From contig JADFRL010000001.1 in NCBI GenBank assembly GCA_022561335.1, positions 1 to 59,847 on the forward strand: 59,847 nt of DNA, read 5' to 3'. Source of the DNA: Patescibacteria group bacterium. Its GTDB lineage: Bacteria > Patescibacteriota > Minisyncoccia > Phycocordibacterales > JACZSL01. The translations under genes and the position numbers were made by a program. Below are positions 1-9,994 of this stretch, piece after piece. The first letter of the stretch is position 1, and every line of letters begins with the position of its first letter. The notes beneath the pieces are model-generated. The model ran no database searches. It was not told the DNA's origin and worked only from the letters and a program-made list of their open reading frames with translations.

Positions 1-1526
1 TTATCAATCCGCTTCTGGCCATATCGAATGCCGATCGTGATCTTTCTTCGCTCATCTATTCAGGGCTTATGAGAGCACAACCTAATGGGACACTTATATA
101 CGATTTAGCAGAGAGCCACAGCGTATCGGAAGACGGGCTTACCTATACATTTAGGCTTCGAACTGACGGTAAATTCCATGATGGAGAACCGGTTACATCT
201 GATGATATTGTATTTACTATCAAAAGAGTCCAAGATACCTCATTAAAAAGCCCCAAGCGCGCAAGTTGGGAAGGTGTAACGATCGAATCTATAAGTGAAT
301 ACGAAGTTCGTTTTACGCTTGAGCAGCCCTATGCTCCTTTTTTAGAAAATACAACACTTGGTATTTTGCCAGAACATATTTGGAGTGATGCCGATTCCGA
401 GCAGTTTACGTTTAGTCAATTCAATATTGAACCCGTTGGATCAGGTCCATATCGCATATCAAAAATCAAAAAAGATGAGTCGGGAATACCAGTATCTTAT
501 GAACTTAAACCGTTTAGTCAGTATACTCTCGGCAGACCCAACATATCCAGTATTATTATGCGATTCTATTCTAATGAAAATCAACTTGTAGATGCATATC
601 TTAATAAGGAAATATCCGCTTTTAATAGTGTGACCTCAAAAAACCTTGCTCTTGTGGAACTTAATACAAAATCACTCCGCATAGAACGTGTATCGCTACC
701 GAGAATCTTTGCTGTATTCTTCAATCAAAATCAAGCACCCGTACTGGCAAATAAAGAGGTGCGCGAAGCCTTTAATATCACGCTTGATAGGAAGCGACTA
801 ATCAAAGAGGTACTGGGCGGCAATGGCATTCCTATTAATGGTCCTATTCCTCCAGGCATTATCAGACCATCTCATGTTTCAACCCAATCTGAAAGTGAGA
901 TCGCTCCCAGGAGCAGAGCCATCAAATTGCTTGAGAAAAATAAGTGGAGAGTCAATGAGGAATCAGGCATCTTCGAGCGAAAAACAAAGGGGGGAGTTGA
1001 AACGCTAACCTTCTCTCTTGCGACATCCGACGTGCCTGAACTAAAAGCTGCGGCTCAAATAATTGTGCAAGAATGGAATAGTATTGGGGCTGATGTAAAC
1101 TTAAAAATTTTTGAGATGGGTGATCTTAATCAAAACGTCATCCGGCCGCGCAAATATGACGCACTGTTCTTTGGAGAAATTGTGGGACGAGAACTTGATC
1201 TATTTGCATTTTGGCATTCATCACAGCGCAATGATCCAGGTCTAAATATCGCTCTCTACGCAAACATAACGGCAGATAAACTTCTTGAAGATGTCCGCAC
1301 TATTACGGATTACTCCAAACGTATGACAAAATACAGGGAGTTCGAGCAAGAGATTGCGAAAGATATACCGGCCATCTTTGTGTACTCGCCTGATTTTATC
1401 TATATCGTCCCCAAAAATATTAATGGGCTTAAACTTGGTTCTGTGACCACTCCAAACGAACGCTTTCTTAACGTCTATCAGTGGTATATAGAGACTGACA
1501 GTGTGTGGAGTTTCTTTGCGAGATAA
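1..1526 (+). CDS. ABC transporter substrate-binding protein, family 5 (peptide/nickel, OppA/DppA-like), 5' partial
   Basis: ORF 69..1526 stays open upstream to the window edge (..INPLLAISNADRDLSSLIYSGLMRA..). Length and sequence character are typical of SBP family 5. Confidence 0.8.
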   Translation, partial: INPLLAISNADRDLSSLIYSGLMRAQPNGTLIYDLAESHSVSEDGLTYTFRLRTDGKFHDGEPVTSDDIVFTIKRVQDTSLKSPKRASWEGVTIESISEYEVRFTLEQPYAPFLENTTLGILPEHIWSDADSEQFTFSQFNIEPVGSGPYRISKIKKDESGIPVSYELKPFSQYTLGRPNISSIIMRFYSNENQLVDAYLNKEISAFNSVTSKNLALVELNTKSLRIERVSLPRIFAVFFNQNQAPVLANKEVREAFNITLDRKRLIKEVLGGNGIPINGPIPPGIIRPSHVSTQSESEIAPRSRAIKLLEKNKWRVNEESGIFERKTKGGVETLTFSLATSDVPELKAAAQIIVQEWNSIGADVNLKIFEMGDLNQNVIRPRKYDALFFGEIVGRELDLFAFWHSSQRNDPGLNIALYANITADKLLEDVRTITDYSKRMTKYREFEQEIAKDIPAIFVYSPDFIYIVPKNINGLKLGSVTTPNERFLNVYQWYIETDSVWSFFAR

Positions 1527-1572
1527 CTTTAATTATTTACACAGGCAACCTCTTAAATTCTACAATTGACTT

Positions 1573-3480
1573 ATGATCAACAAATCAGATAAACCAGAAC
1601 AAAAATGGAGCTCTGGACAAAAACGTAAGCCTAAAATAGCCTTCAGTCGAAAGAAAAACAGAGCCGGAGTCGGCATCGAGAGGCACCAGAAAACTCGAAC
1701 AGTTCACCAAAACAGAAGGAAACAACCCAGGCGATTACCACATGCTCCTATTCTTCCTAAACTTAATGACAGAAAAGGTAAAAAGCAGGATGATGATATT
1801 CCAGCGCTTAATGACAGTATTCGTATCATTCCGCTTGGCGGTGTCGAGGAAATCGGGCGCAATATGTCACTTATCGAGTACGGCGGCGACATAATTATTA
1901 TCGACTGTGGATTCCAATTTAAAGAGGACTCAACTCCGGGAATCGATTATATCCTCCCCAATACCAAGTACCTTGAAGACAGAAAGAGCAAGATACGCGG
2001 CGTCTTTATAACACACGGACATCTTGATCATATAGGAGGTATCCCCTATCTTATTGACAGTATTGGCAATCCACCCATTTATTCACGCCGTCTCACAACG
2101 GTTATGATAAAAAAAAGACAGGAAGAATTCCCGCATCTTCCGCCGTTAGATATAAGAGAAGTAGAAAAAGATGATGTAATCAAAGTGGGAAGCTTAACCG
2201 TTAAGTTTTTTGCCGTTACACACACCATTCCTGATTCAATGGGAATAATAGTGGAAACTCCCTACGGAAGCATCGTACATACTGGAGACCTCAAACTTGA
2301 CCATGTTAATGAAGTCCCTACAAAAGCAGAAGAAGACGAGTTTAAAAAATTTGAAAAGGAAAATGTGCTCTTGTTAATGGCTGACTCAACCAATGTTGAA
2401 AAACCGGGATTCTCATTTCCTGAGGCCGAAGTGCACAAAAATATTGAAGAGTTTATACGAAACGTAAAAGGAAGAATGGTTATCGGGACATTCGCTTCTC
2501 AATTGGAGCGACTCGTAAAGATAATTGAAATAGCAGAGAGATACAAGAAAAAAATTGTTATTGAGGGACGAAGTATGAAAACGAATATTGAAATTGTTAA
2601 AGAGCTCGGTATGCTTAAGGTTAAAAAGGATGCTTTTATCGGCGTAGAGAGAATAAGTGATTATCCTGATGATAAAATTCTTGTGCTTGCAACCGGAGCG
2701 CAAGGAGATGAATATTCTGCACTCATGCGTATGGCCTCAGGTACCCATCGGCAATTCAAAATAAAGGAGGGCGACACTATTCTCCTTTCTTCTTCAATTA
2801 TCCCCGGCAATGAACGCGCTGTGCAAAAACTGAAGGACAATCTTTCGAGACGAGGTGCTAATATCATTCACTACCAAATTGCCGGGGTTCATTCAAGCGG
2901 ACACGCGAATAGGGAGGAGGCCGCATGGATACTTAAGAAAGTAAATCCAAAATTCTTTATGCCGCAGCACGGATACCACTACATGCTCCGCGTACACACC
3001 GACATCGCAATGTCATCCAATATACCCGAAAAGAACATAATCATTCCAGACAACGGTTCAATTATAGAAATTCAAGACAAAGGAGCAAAAATTGTAAAGC
3101 TTAAGGAAAAAGCTCCTTCGAGTCTCAGAATGGTTGACGGATTTTCAATTGGAGATATGCAGGAGGTGGTCATACGTGACCGAAAGATGCTCTCCCAAGA
3201 GGGTATATTTGTAATCATTGTAACCATTAATCTTAAAACAGGTAAACTCAGAAAATCACCTGATATTATTTCGCGCGGATTTGTGTATTTACGCGAATCT
3301 CAGGAGCTTCTCCAGCAAACCCGCCTTATTATCAAAAAGACAGTTGAAAAAACTACCGTAGGAATGAACCCCATTAATTTTGATTATGTAAAGACAAACA
3401 TAACTGATGACGTTAGTCGATTTCTCTTCCAGAAAACCAACAAGCGGCCTATTGTGATTCCCGTAGTACTCGGGATTTAA
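1573..3480 (+). CDS. rnj: Ribonuclease J (beta-CASP metallo-beta-lactamase RNase) with basic N-terminal extension
   Basis: HGHLDHIGG (HxHxDH) motif. The conserved core starts at IRIIPLGGVEEIGRNM. 635 aa, with the first ~85 aa Lys/Arg-rich. Confidence 0.85.
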   Translation: MINKSDKPEQKWSSGQKRKPKIAFSRKKNRAGVGIERHQKTRTVHQNRRKQPRRLPHAPILPKLNDRKGKKQDDDIPALNDSIRIIPLGGVEEIGRNMSLIEYGGDIIIIDCGFQFKEDSTPGIDYILPNTKYLEDRKSKIRGVFITHGHLDHIGGIPYLIDSIGNPPIYSRRLTTVMIKKRQEEFPHLPPLDIREVEKDDVIKVGSLTVKFFAVTHTIPDSMGIIVETPYGSIVHTGDLKLDHVNEVPTKAEEDEFKKFEKENVLLLMADSTNVEKPGFSFPEAEVHKNIEEFIRNVKGRMVIGTFASQLERLVKIIEIAERYKKKIVIEGRSMKTNIEIVKELGMLKVKKDAFIGVERISDYPDDKILVLATGAQGDEYSALMRMASGTHRQFKIKEGDTILLSSSIIPGNERAVQKLKDNLSRRGANIIHYQIAGVHSSGHANREEAAWILKKVNPKFFMPQHGYHYMLRVHTDIAMSSNIPEKNIIIPDNGSIIEIQDKGAKIVKLKEKAPSSLRMVDGFSIGDMQEVVIRDRKMLSQEGIFVIIVTINLKTGKLRKSPDIISRGFVYLRESQELLQQTRLIIKKTVEKTTVGMNPINFDYVKTNITDDVSRFLFQKTNKRPIVIPVVLGI

Positions 3481-3589
3481 AAAAGGAATAAGCCATACGA
3501 ATATCCTCTTCGCAGTCCAGCGCCGCTGAAGAAAATACTCCATTATATATTCGAGCATCACGGGCGGTGCTGTGATATAGTAGCCATAT

Positions 3590-4765
3590 ATGTACCATCC
3601 TTTCCAAAGGCTCCGCCGCATTGGCCACCTTGGGAATCTATATGTTGCTAACTTTCTGCTTTCTTTTCATCTCTTTTTTGTCGTTTACATAAATTCAAGC
3701 TTCTTAAATCAGTTTACTCCAGAGCGTTTTATTGGCGCCATTTACATCATCGCCTCACTGTTAGGTATCCTCTCCCTTTTTGCAATTGCATATTTACTCA
3801 CGCGGTTTGGAAATTACCGCCTCATGGTTTTTTTCACTGCGCTTCAGATAGCTTTCTTCCTTAGTTTTGCATTCCTTAAAAATACCTCTTTTATCATTCC
3901 TCTCTTCATTCTTTATTTAGTAAACTATCCACTCATTCTCTATACACTCGATATTTTTCTTGAAAGTTCGACCACGACAGAAAACACTACGGGAAGCATC
4001 CGAGGAACATACCTCACCATCACAAACACAGCGCTCATCTTAGCCCCTCTTGTCGCAGGCCTTATGATAGCCGATTCCGATTTTTGGAAAGTATATTTTG
4101 CCGCCTCACTATTCCTGATTCCTTTTCTTTTTATCATGCGGGACTTTAAAAATTTTGAAGATCCCCCGTACCATAAGCTCAAACTATGGAGTATACTCTC
4201 TTGTATTTTCCACAATAAAAATATTTACAACATTATGATGGCGCAGTTTGTGATGCGCATTTTTTTCTCATGGATGGTTATCTATATGCCAATCTATCTC
4301 ATAAGCCGCATCGGATTCTCCTGGGCCGAGTTTGGCATTATGACTTTTATTGTGCTTATTCCTTTTGCACTCTTTGAACTGCCGGCCGGAAAAATTGCGG
4401 ATCGTTATCTCGGAGAGAAGGAACTCCTGTCACTTGGCTTTTTCATTGCTGCACTCTTTACAGTATTTTTAAGTTTTATAGAAACTAATAACTTTGTTTT
4501 TTGGGCTGCCGTGCTCTTTACCATTCGTATCGGAGTAAGCCTTGTGGAAATCATGACAGAAAGCTATTTCTTCAAGCATGTTAGTAGTAATGACAATAAC
4601 ACCATAAGTTTCTTTAGAATGATGCGCCCGGCCGCTTACATTGCTGGCCCCATCATTGCAACCATCGCGCTTACCTTCCTCGACTTTAAATTTATTTGGA
4701 TTATCCTCGGCTTCATTCTTCTCTACGGTCTCCGCTTTAGTTTTGCGATTCAAGATACACGGTAG
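3590..4765 (+). CDS. MFS-type transporter
   Basis: 391 aa, hydrophobic throughout with about 12 helix-length segments. Family assignment is by overall character only. Confidence 0.65.
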   Translation: MYHPFQRLRRIGHLGNLYVANFLLSFHLFFVVYINSSFLNQFTPERFIGAIYIIASLLGILSLFAIAYLLTRFGNYRLMVFFTALQIAFFLSFAFLKNTSFIIPLFILYLVNYPLILYTLDIFLESSTTTENTTGSIRGTYLTITNTALILAPLVAGLMIADSDFWKVYFAASLFLIPFLFIMRDFKNFEDPPYHKLKLWSILSCIFHNKNIYNIMMAQFVMRIFFSWMVIYMPIYLISRIGFSWAEFGIMTFIVLIPFALFELPAGKIADRYLGEKELLSLGFFIAALFTVFLSFIETNNFVFWAAVLFTIRIGVSLVEIMTESYFFKHVSSNDNNTISFFRMMRPAAYIAGPIIATIALTFLDFKFIWIILGFILLYGLRFSFAIQDTR

Positions 4766-4855
4766 AGTTTATATTCTGCAACCTCAGAAGACACCATACT
4801 GTATATTGACGACATAGTGGTATCAAACAAAAAAATATAACTGGAGCTGAAGAAC

Positions 4856-4886
4856 AAAGAGGTTCTAACGTCGTTCATTAATCTCC
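4856..4886. repeat. 31-bp exact repeat, copy 1 (AAAGAGGTTCTAACGTCGTTCATTAATCTCC)
   Basis: Identical to 6715-6745. Confidence 0.9.
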
Positions 4887-4970
4887 GTCGTATATGGAAA
4901 TATGTGAGAAATATGGAAGTATCAAAAAAGCCCTCAAATACTATTTGAAAGGCTCTTTTTCCAATTAAAT

Positions 4971-5951
4971 CTAGCTTTTCTGTATATATTTCTTGTTAAT
5001 GGCAACAGAGGAATATCCAAGACCGATGAATATAAAACCAAGTATAACTAGAGAAATTGGCCAACCGATTGAATCTGCAAAGTATTCGCTGGTAATATAC
5101 GAAACATGTGCAATGAGAAATAGAGTACTCATAACTAAAATGCTCCGACTCTTCATGTAAATTGACAAAAAGAGACCTCCAATGACAATAAGGAAGTAGA
5201 GCATTTGCCATGGAACTGAATCAAATACCTGTGAGAATGCGGCGCCAAGAAAACCAGTAATGCCGAAGAAATAAAGAACGCCTACAAGTTCCTTATTCCA
5301 ACCCTCGCGGAAATGTTGCGCGAGCAGGAGGTAACTCGCACCAATTACCATTGTGAGATATGCATATAAATCTCCATGGTTATAAAATTGACCATCAACA
5401 ATTGATTCAACGAGGAGATAAATAAAAGCCGTGCCGTTTGCGATTGCAAAAAAAGTCAGAATGGCATTTTTATGAACAGAGTTCAAAAGTAAGTAAAAGA
5501 TAAAAATAATTCCAAAAGTAAATGTGACTGGCCACAAAGATACAACTTCTACGCTAAGTTCTGAAAGGGTCACCATAGCTCCCCCAGGAATTAACACACC
5601 ACCAATGACATGGAAAATTGGGCCAATTTTTTCCTCTGGTTTCTGCTTAAGTAATACTGACCCAATTGCAGTAGTAAGTAGACCAAGTCCCAATGTAACC
5701 ACTATGCGTCCAAACGATCCAATATCATCCCAGACTTGAGCAACAAAGAATGCAATGCCGATTATTACAATGACCACACCCAAAACATACAACATCTTTG
5801 TAATAGAAAAATGCGAAATCTTCTTTGTGCTTTCCTCATCTTCCCTTTGCATTGCTGGTTCAAGATTCAGCCGACTCATCACTTCTTCACGGCTTATCTC
5901 CCCCACACTCACCTTGGAAGATAATTCTTGTAATAATTCTTCTTTATTCAT
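4971..5951 (-). CDS. Polytopic membrane protein (DUF2157-like, tentative)
   Basis: ORF 4971..5987 begins with GTG. The ATG at 5951 (MNKEELLQEL..) avoids overlap with the upstream gene. Soluble N-terminal helix followed by about 9 hydrophobic segments. Confidence 0.45.
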   Translation of the reverse strand: MNKEELLQELSSKVSVGEISREEVMSRLNLEPAMQREDEESTKKISHFSITKMLYVLGVVIVIIGIAFFVAQVWDDIGSFGRIVVTLGLGLLTTAIGSVLLKQKPEEKIGPIFHVIGGVLIPGGAMVTLSELSVEVVSLWPVTFTFGIIFIFYLLLNSVHKNAILTFFAIANGTAFIYLLVESIVDGQFYNHGDLYAYLTMVIGASYLLLAQHFREGWNKELVGVLYFFGITGFLGAAFSQVFDSVPWQMLYFLIVIGGLFLSIYMKSRSILVMSTLFLIAHVSYITSEYFADSIGWPISLVILGFIFIGLGYSSVAINKKYIQKS

Positions 5952-5962
5952 AATAGTAATGT

Positions 5963-6547
5963 TTAATTTCTTCCTGGTAGAATCCACCCCATAAACTGAA
6001 AGTTATTTCGATAATAATACCGCTGATCAATATTTATCAAATTGAGCTTATCTTTATTTTTTCCTTTTGTAAGGTAATAACCATATGAAGAGCCACCATC
6101 AAAAATAAAGAAGAAGTCAGCTCCTCTATCATAACTACTTGAAACAGTAACACCGTCAGGTGATGTAAGAAGGCTGTTGAGTGTTAGGGTTTGTGCTTCC
6201 TGCAGAGTGATTTCTCTACTTTCATTCTTTTCGGTGTCGTGTAAGAAAATACGTGCAGTATAGTTTTCATTAATATCCAGTATGCCATCGTTATCTGAGT
6301 CTTGAGTTGGACTTATCGAGTTTACAACTATTTTATCATCTACAACCGAATGTCGTTTTTGGAGATAGTTGTCACAACGATACGAATAGTAATTTGCGCC
6401 GTTAGTACATGATGTATATATAAAATTGTAGTCAGTAGACAAGAAGAGTGACGGAAGATAAGTACTTAAGGCAACAATAACTATAAGTACAACTGGTAAT
6501 ATGAAAGCCAGTAATATAGCAAAATTTTTCTTAATAAATTCTTTCAT
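5963..6547 (-). CDS. Hypothetical membrane-anchored secreted protein
   Basis: 194 aa with an N-terminal TM helix (ILLAFILPVVLIVIVAL). No recognisable domain. Confidence 0.45.
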   Translation of the reverse strand: MKEFIKKNFAILLAFILPVVLIVIVALSTYLPSLFLSTDYNFIYTSCTNGANYYSYRCDNYLQKRHSVVDDKIVVNSISPTQDSDNDGILDINENYTARIFLHDTEKNESREITLQEAQTLTLNSLLTSPDGVTVSSSYDRGADFFFIFDGGSSYGYYLTKGKNKDKLNLINIDQRYYYRNNFQFMGWILPGRN

Positions 6548-6714
6548 ATTTTAAATAATAGTACATTTTTGGAATAAAACATACTAGTCATGTGCGTTGT
6601 CTAAAACCACAGGTTCTAACATAGTTCCGCAATCATCCCTCGACACCCACCTATTTACATGTTTTTGCAAACTCTGTCATACATTGCATATACTGCATAT
6701 TCTTCTGATCTAGA

Positions 6715-6745
6715 AAAGAGGTTCTAACGTCGTTCATTAATCTCC
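6715..6745. repeat. 31-bp exact repeat, copy 2
   Basis: Identical to 4856-4886. A looser third hit (AGGTTCTAAC) is at about 6611-6620. Confidence 0.9.
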
Positions 6746-6910
6746 TGCCAATTAATAGTCTGAAAATAGTTTCCCCCCTCGCTGTGATCAGGACCTGCGG
6801 TATTTTCTCTACGCTCTAAACCATTAATCGACTCACTCGGTGCTGATTCCTCAGGACAAACGCCTGAGATCCTTAGGCTCGAATGAGATCTATGGTATAG
6901 AGCGAGCTTG

Positions 6911-7732
6911 TCACGCTAATATAAAAGTATATTTATATCGAACCAGAAATCCTTCATTAGCTAAATCCTCAAGTAAACATGCGACACGTTGAGGTTTGGC
7001 TTTAAGCTCTTTTGCTATTCTTATTTGAGTTAATTTTTTCTCTACCAAAAATAATTTAAGAATCCGCCCCCGTAATTGTCTGTTTGAACCTTCAAATTTA
7101 CTTTGCTTCGAGTAGTGCTTACTTCTACGATTTTGATTCGGATATTTCCTCTTTAGCATTGCCCCATAATCCATAAGAGCTTGATACCACTGTCGTGGAT
7201 CAGTCCTTTGAAGTGTCCCATCAACAAGTTTTAAGATTTCCTCATCAGAAATTTTTCGCTTAGATTTATCAAAAAAGAAATGGATGAAAACCGTCCGGAT
7301 ATTGGTTTCTATAAAAACCGTCGGTTTATTATAGGCAAAGACGCAGATCGCTCCTGCCGTATAAGGACCAATGCCAGGAAGCTTTACGAGCTCCTCTTTA
7401 GTTCTCGGAAGAACTCCTCCATGATCATTTACCACAATCTTGGCAAGCTCTTTGAGCGATTTTGCGCGCCTGTTATAACCTAACCCCTGCCACTGCCAAA
7501 GAACGTCCCGAAGTGGGGCACTCTCAAGCTCTTTAAAATCGGGAAATCGTTTTATGAAAGCTTTATATTTCTCTTCTGTTCTCTTCGAAGCTTTCGTTTG
7601 CTGGAGCATTATTTCAGACACTAAAATATGATAGGGATTTCTTGTCCCTCGCCATGGAAAATCACGTTTGTGATTTTTGTAATACACGCAAACATTTTTT
7701 TTGAATGTTCCTAATTCTGCCTGTGTTGCCAT
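6911..7732 (-). CDS. HhH-GPD base-excision DNA glycosylase, MutY/A-G adenine glycosylase-like, no Fe-S Cys cluster, C-terminal wHTH-like tail
   Basis: SEIMLQQT.., LPGIGPYTAGAICVFAYN hairpin-helix-hairpin, ALMDYGA. The four-Cys motif expected after this point is absent. Confidence 0.7.
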   Translation of the reverse strand: MATQAELGTFKKNVCVYYKNHKRDFPWRGTRNPYHILVSEIMLQQTKASKRTEEKYKAFIKRFPDFKELESAPLRDVLWQWQGLGYNRRAKSLKELAKIVVNDHGGVLPRTKEELVKLPGIGPYTAGAICVFAYNKPTVFIETNIRTVFIHFFFDKSKRKISDEEILKLVDGTLQRTDPRQWYQALMDYGAMLKRKYPNQNRRSKHYSKQSKFEGSNRQLRGRILKLFLVEKKLTQIRIAKELKAKPQRVACLLEDLANEGFLVRYKYTFILA

Positions 7733-7751
7733 TTTGGTTAAAATATTCTAT

Positions 7752-9071
7752 TTAAATTTCTCCGGTATACGTCACTTTATAAATAACACCGGCTCTATCA
7801 TCTGAAATATACATATCGCCACCTGGTTCAACAAGTATATCAACAGGTCTCCCAAGTACTCGCCCGTCATCGGTGAGCCAGCCTGTGATAAAGTCTTTAC
7901 CTTTTTGAACATTTCCCTCATCATCTAGATCAAACCGTACGATTTTATAACCAGTTGGAACACTGCGATTCCATGAACCGTGGTAGGCTACCAGAAGACT
8001 GTTTTTGTATTCAACGGGCCATCCTAAAGGTGCAAACGAAAGCCCCAATGGGGAAGAATGCGCGGGTATATCAATATAAGAAGGCTCTTCAAATGGAGTT
8101 AAGCATGGTGCACGAATATATACATTGTCATCAAATTCAGTGTCGTGAATATTTTTTCCGTAGCAAACGGGCCAGCCGTAATTTTTGCCCTTTCGTATAA
8201 TATTTATTTCATCTGGCGGCAAATCATCACCTAAGAGATCGCGCCCCATCTCCGTTGCAAAAACTTCGCCCGTTTCAGGATGGATGGTCATAAACACAGT
8301 ATTGCGGAGTCCCGCCGCAAAGTATCCAACACCACTCCCATCCGCTTCTGATGATAAAATAACCGCACGACGGTCATCTTCCTCGTAGCAAACATTACAG
8401 GATGATCCAATAGACGTTAAGAGTTTTTCCCCGTCAGGTGTTTTGGCGAATATAATGGTTCTAGTAAAATGGTTTTTCCCACCGGGTAAATCAATGATCG
8501 TCTTTTTGTTTGATGCTTTAAGATTCTCATCATCGTAGTCATACATAGCCACTTGGTCAGTCTCAGCAATGTAAAGCTTGCATTCATACTCGATACCAAA
8601 CTCACCAAAGGGAAAGCACTTGAATGCAAGACCGTGGGGACGATCGAGTCCCTCAATGACAACGACGGTCTCATTAGCAACCCCGTCTTGATCATAATCC
8701 GGAAGAGCAACAACCTTCCCTTCCTTTGTGATACTCACAATTAGATTACCGGCTATGTCGAGTGTGAGAACCCGTGGTGCAGAAAGACCTTTGGCAAAAA
8801 TTGAAATTGAAAAACCAGGGGGCAGGGTAAGGGGAGATGAACTTTTTTCACGCAACAACTCTCCAATATCTTCTCCGGAACTTTTAATGAGAGGGATAAC
8901 ACCACTTAAGTTTTGAGACGCAAAGCGCCCCACCCCAATAACAACAAAAATAAGAAAGGTGAGAACTGTTAGTGTTACCAACTGTTTGATTACACGATCA
9001 CCTATCACAGTACTGTCACAACAATGCTCCCATTTTCTCCTCGTAATCAGGAAAATGGGAGTTGATTTCAC
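7752..9071 (-). CDS. PQQ-dependent sugar dehydrogenase (soluble glucose/sorbosone dehydrogenase family), membrane anchored
   Basis: 439 aa with N-terminal TM, NYGWP motif and beta-propeller-like repeat character. The start may be internal, because the ORF overlaps 9016..9309 by 56 nt. Confidence 0.7.
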   Translation of the reverse strand: MKSTPIFLITRRKWEHCCDSTVIGDRVIKQLVTLTVLTFLIFVVIGVGRFASQNLSGVIPLIKSSGEDIGELLREKSSSPLTLPPGFSISIFAKGLSAPRVLTLDIAGNLIVSITKEGKVVALPDYDQDGVANETVVVIEGLDRPHGLAFKCFPFGEFGIEYECKLYIAETDQVAMYDYDDENLKASNKKTIIDLPGGKNHFTRTIIFAKTPDGEKLLTSIGSSCNVCYEEDDRRAVILSSEADGSGVGYFAAGLRNTVFMTIHPETGEVFATEMGRDLLGDDLPPDEINIIRKGKNYGWPVCYGKNIHDTEFDDNVYIRAPCLTPFEEPSYIDIPAHSSPLGLSFAPLGWPVEYKNSLLVAYHGSWNRSVPTGYKIVRFDLDDEGNVQKGKDFITGWLTDDGRVLGRPVDILVEPGGDMYISDDRAGVIYKVTYTGEI

Positions 9072-9309
9072 TCAAGTTAAAAGATTCCAAGATAGATTCC
9101 GGAGATTCCTTATCAAGCAAAAACAAAAATGAACGCTCAACTAGTGATACTGGCGGTATTACTCCTTTCGTAAGCTGTTTGTAGTATTCCTTTTCAACCG
9201 TCACATCGTAGTTATGAATCCTGTCGCTGGCTGTACCTCCTAAAACCGTAACCTCAAAAGTCCACTCGCTAGGTGTCTCCTTATCCTTCACGACAGTGAC
9301 TCTCCACAT
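9016..9309 (-). CDS. Hypothetical protein
   Basis: 97-aa ORF with protein-like composition. No assignable domain. Confidence 0.4.
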   Translation of the reverse strand: MWRVTVVKDKETPSEWTFEVTVLGGTASDRIHNYDVTVEKEYYKQLTKGVIPPVSLVERSFLFLLDKESPESILESFNLSEINSHFPDYEEKMGALL

Positions 9310-9330
9310 GGTTTAAGTATACATAATTTA

Positions 9331-9975
9331 CTACATAAGATGGGCATCGTCATTCCATGAGATAAGATACCACCTCCTTGTGTCTCTTTCACCTTGTTTT
9401 AACAGGCCGTAATAGCACACGGTAAAACCAGCATTTTTGGCTGGAGCAAAAACACGGAATGCATTAAATAACAAAGAATCTACTTCTTTACCATGCTGCA
9501 TAATTGAAATTAACATCTTCAGAATATCGCCATGAGTGATAATAAGTATTTTTTCTTTGCTCATTTTTGTGAGATAGTCAAGCGCTCTTCTGCCTCGGTC
9601 TCGCAGTTCTACAAATGTTTCTTCATCTGAGTGGCGCCAACCATCCTTATACAAATTCGCACTTACCTGCTCTAGAATATTTTTGACCTCGGGATCATCC
9701 TTACTTTTGCCTTCAATTTCACTTTGCCGATTTGTCTCTTGAAACAAATCGGATACTGTAATTAATTTATTATGATGTAAATTTATTATATCGGCTGTTT
9801 CAAGTGCACGTTTAAAAGGACTTGAGATGAGAATATCAAAATCAAGGTTACTCAATCTGTTTGCTATCAGGTGTGACTGTTTTCTACCCTGCTCGGACAA
9901 AGGAGAGTCAGGAAATTGGTGCCTGTTTTCTTCCCCAAGAGTTGAGAGCCCATGGCGTACAAAATAGACGTACAT
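9331..9975 (-). CDS. Histidine phosphatase family protein (phosphoglycerate mutase-like)
   Basis: VYFVRHG (RHG catalytic motif) directly after the ATG at 9975. ITHGDIL motif later in the protein. Confidence 0.75.
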   Translation of the reverse strand: MYVYFVRHGLSTLGEENRHQFPDSPLSEQGRKQSHLIANRLSNLDFDILISSPFKRALETADIINLHHNKLITVSDLFQETNRQSEIEGKSKDDPEVKNILEQVSANLYKDGWRHSDEETFVELRDRGRRALDYLTKMSKEKILIITHGDILKMLISIMQHGKEVDSLLFNAFRVFAPAKNAGFTVCYYGLLKQGERDTRRWYLISWNDDAHLM

Positions 9976-9994
9976 CCGACAAGTGTACCATGCC

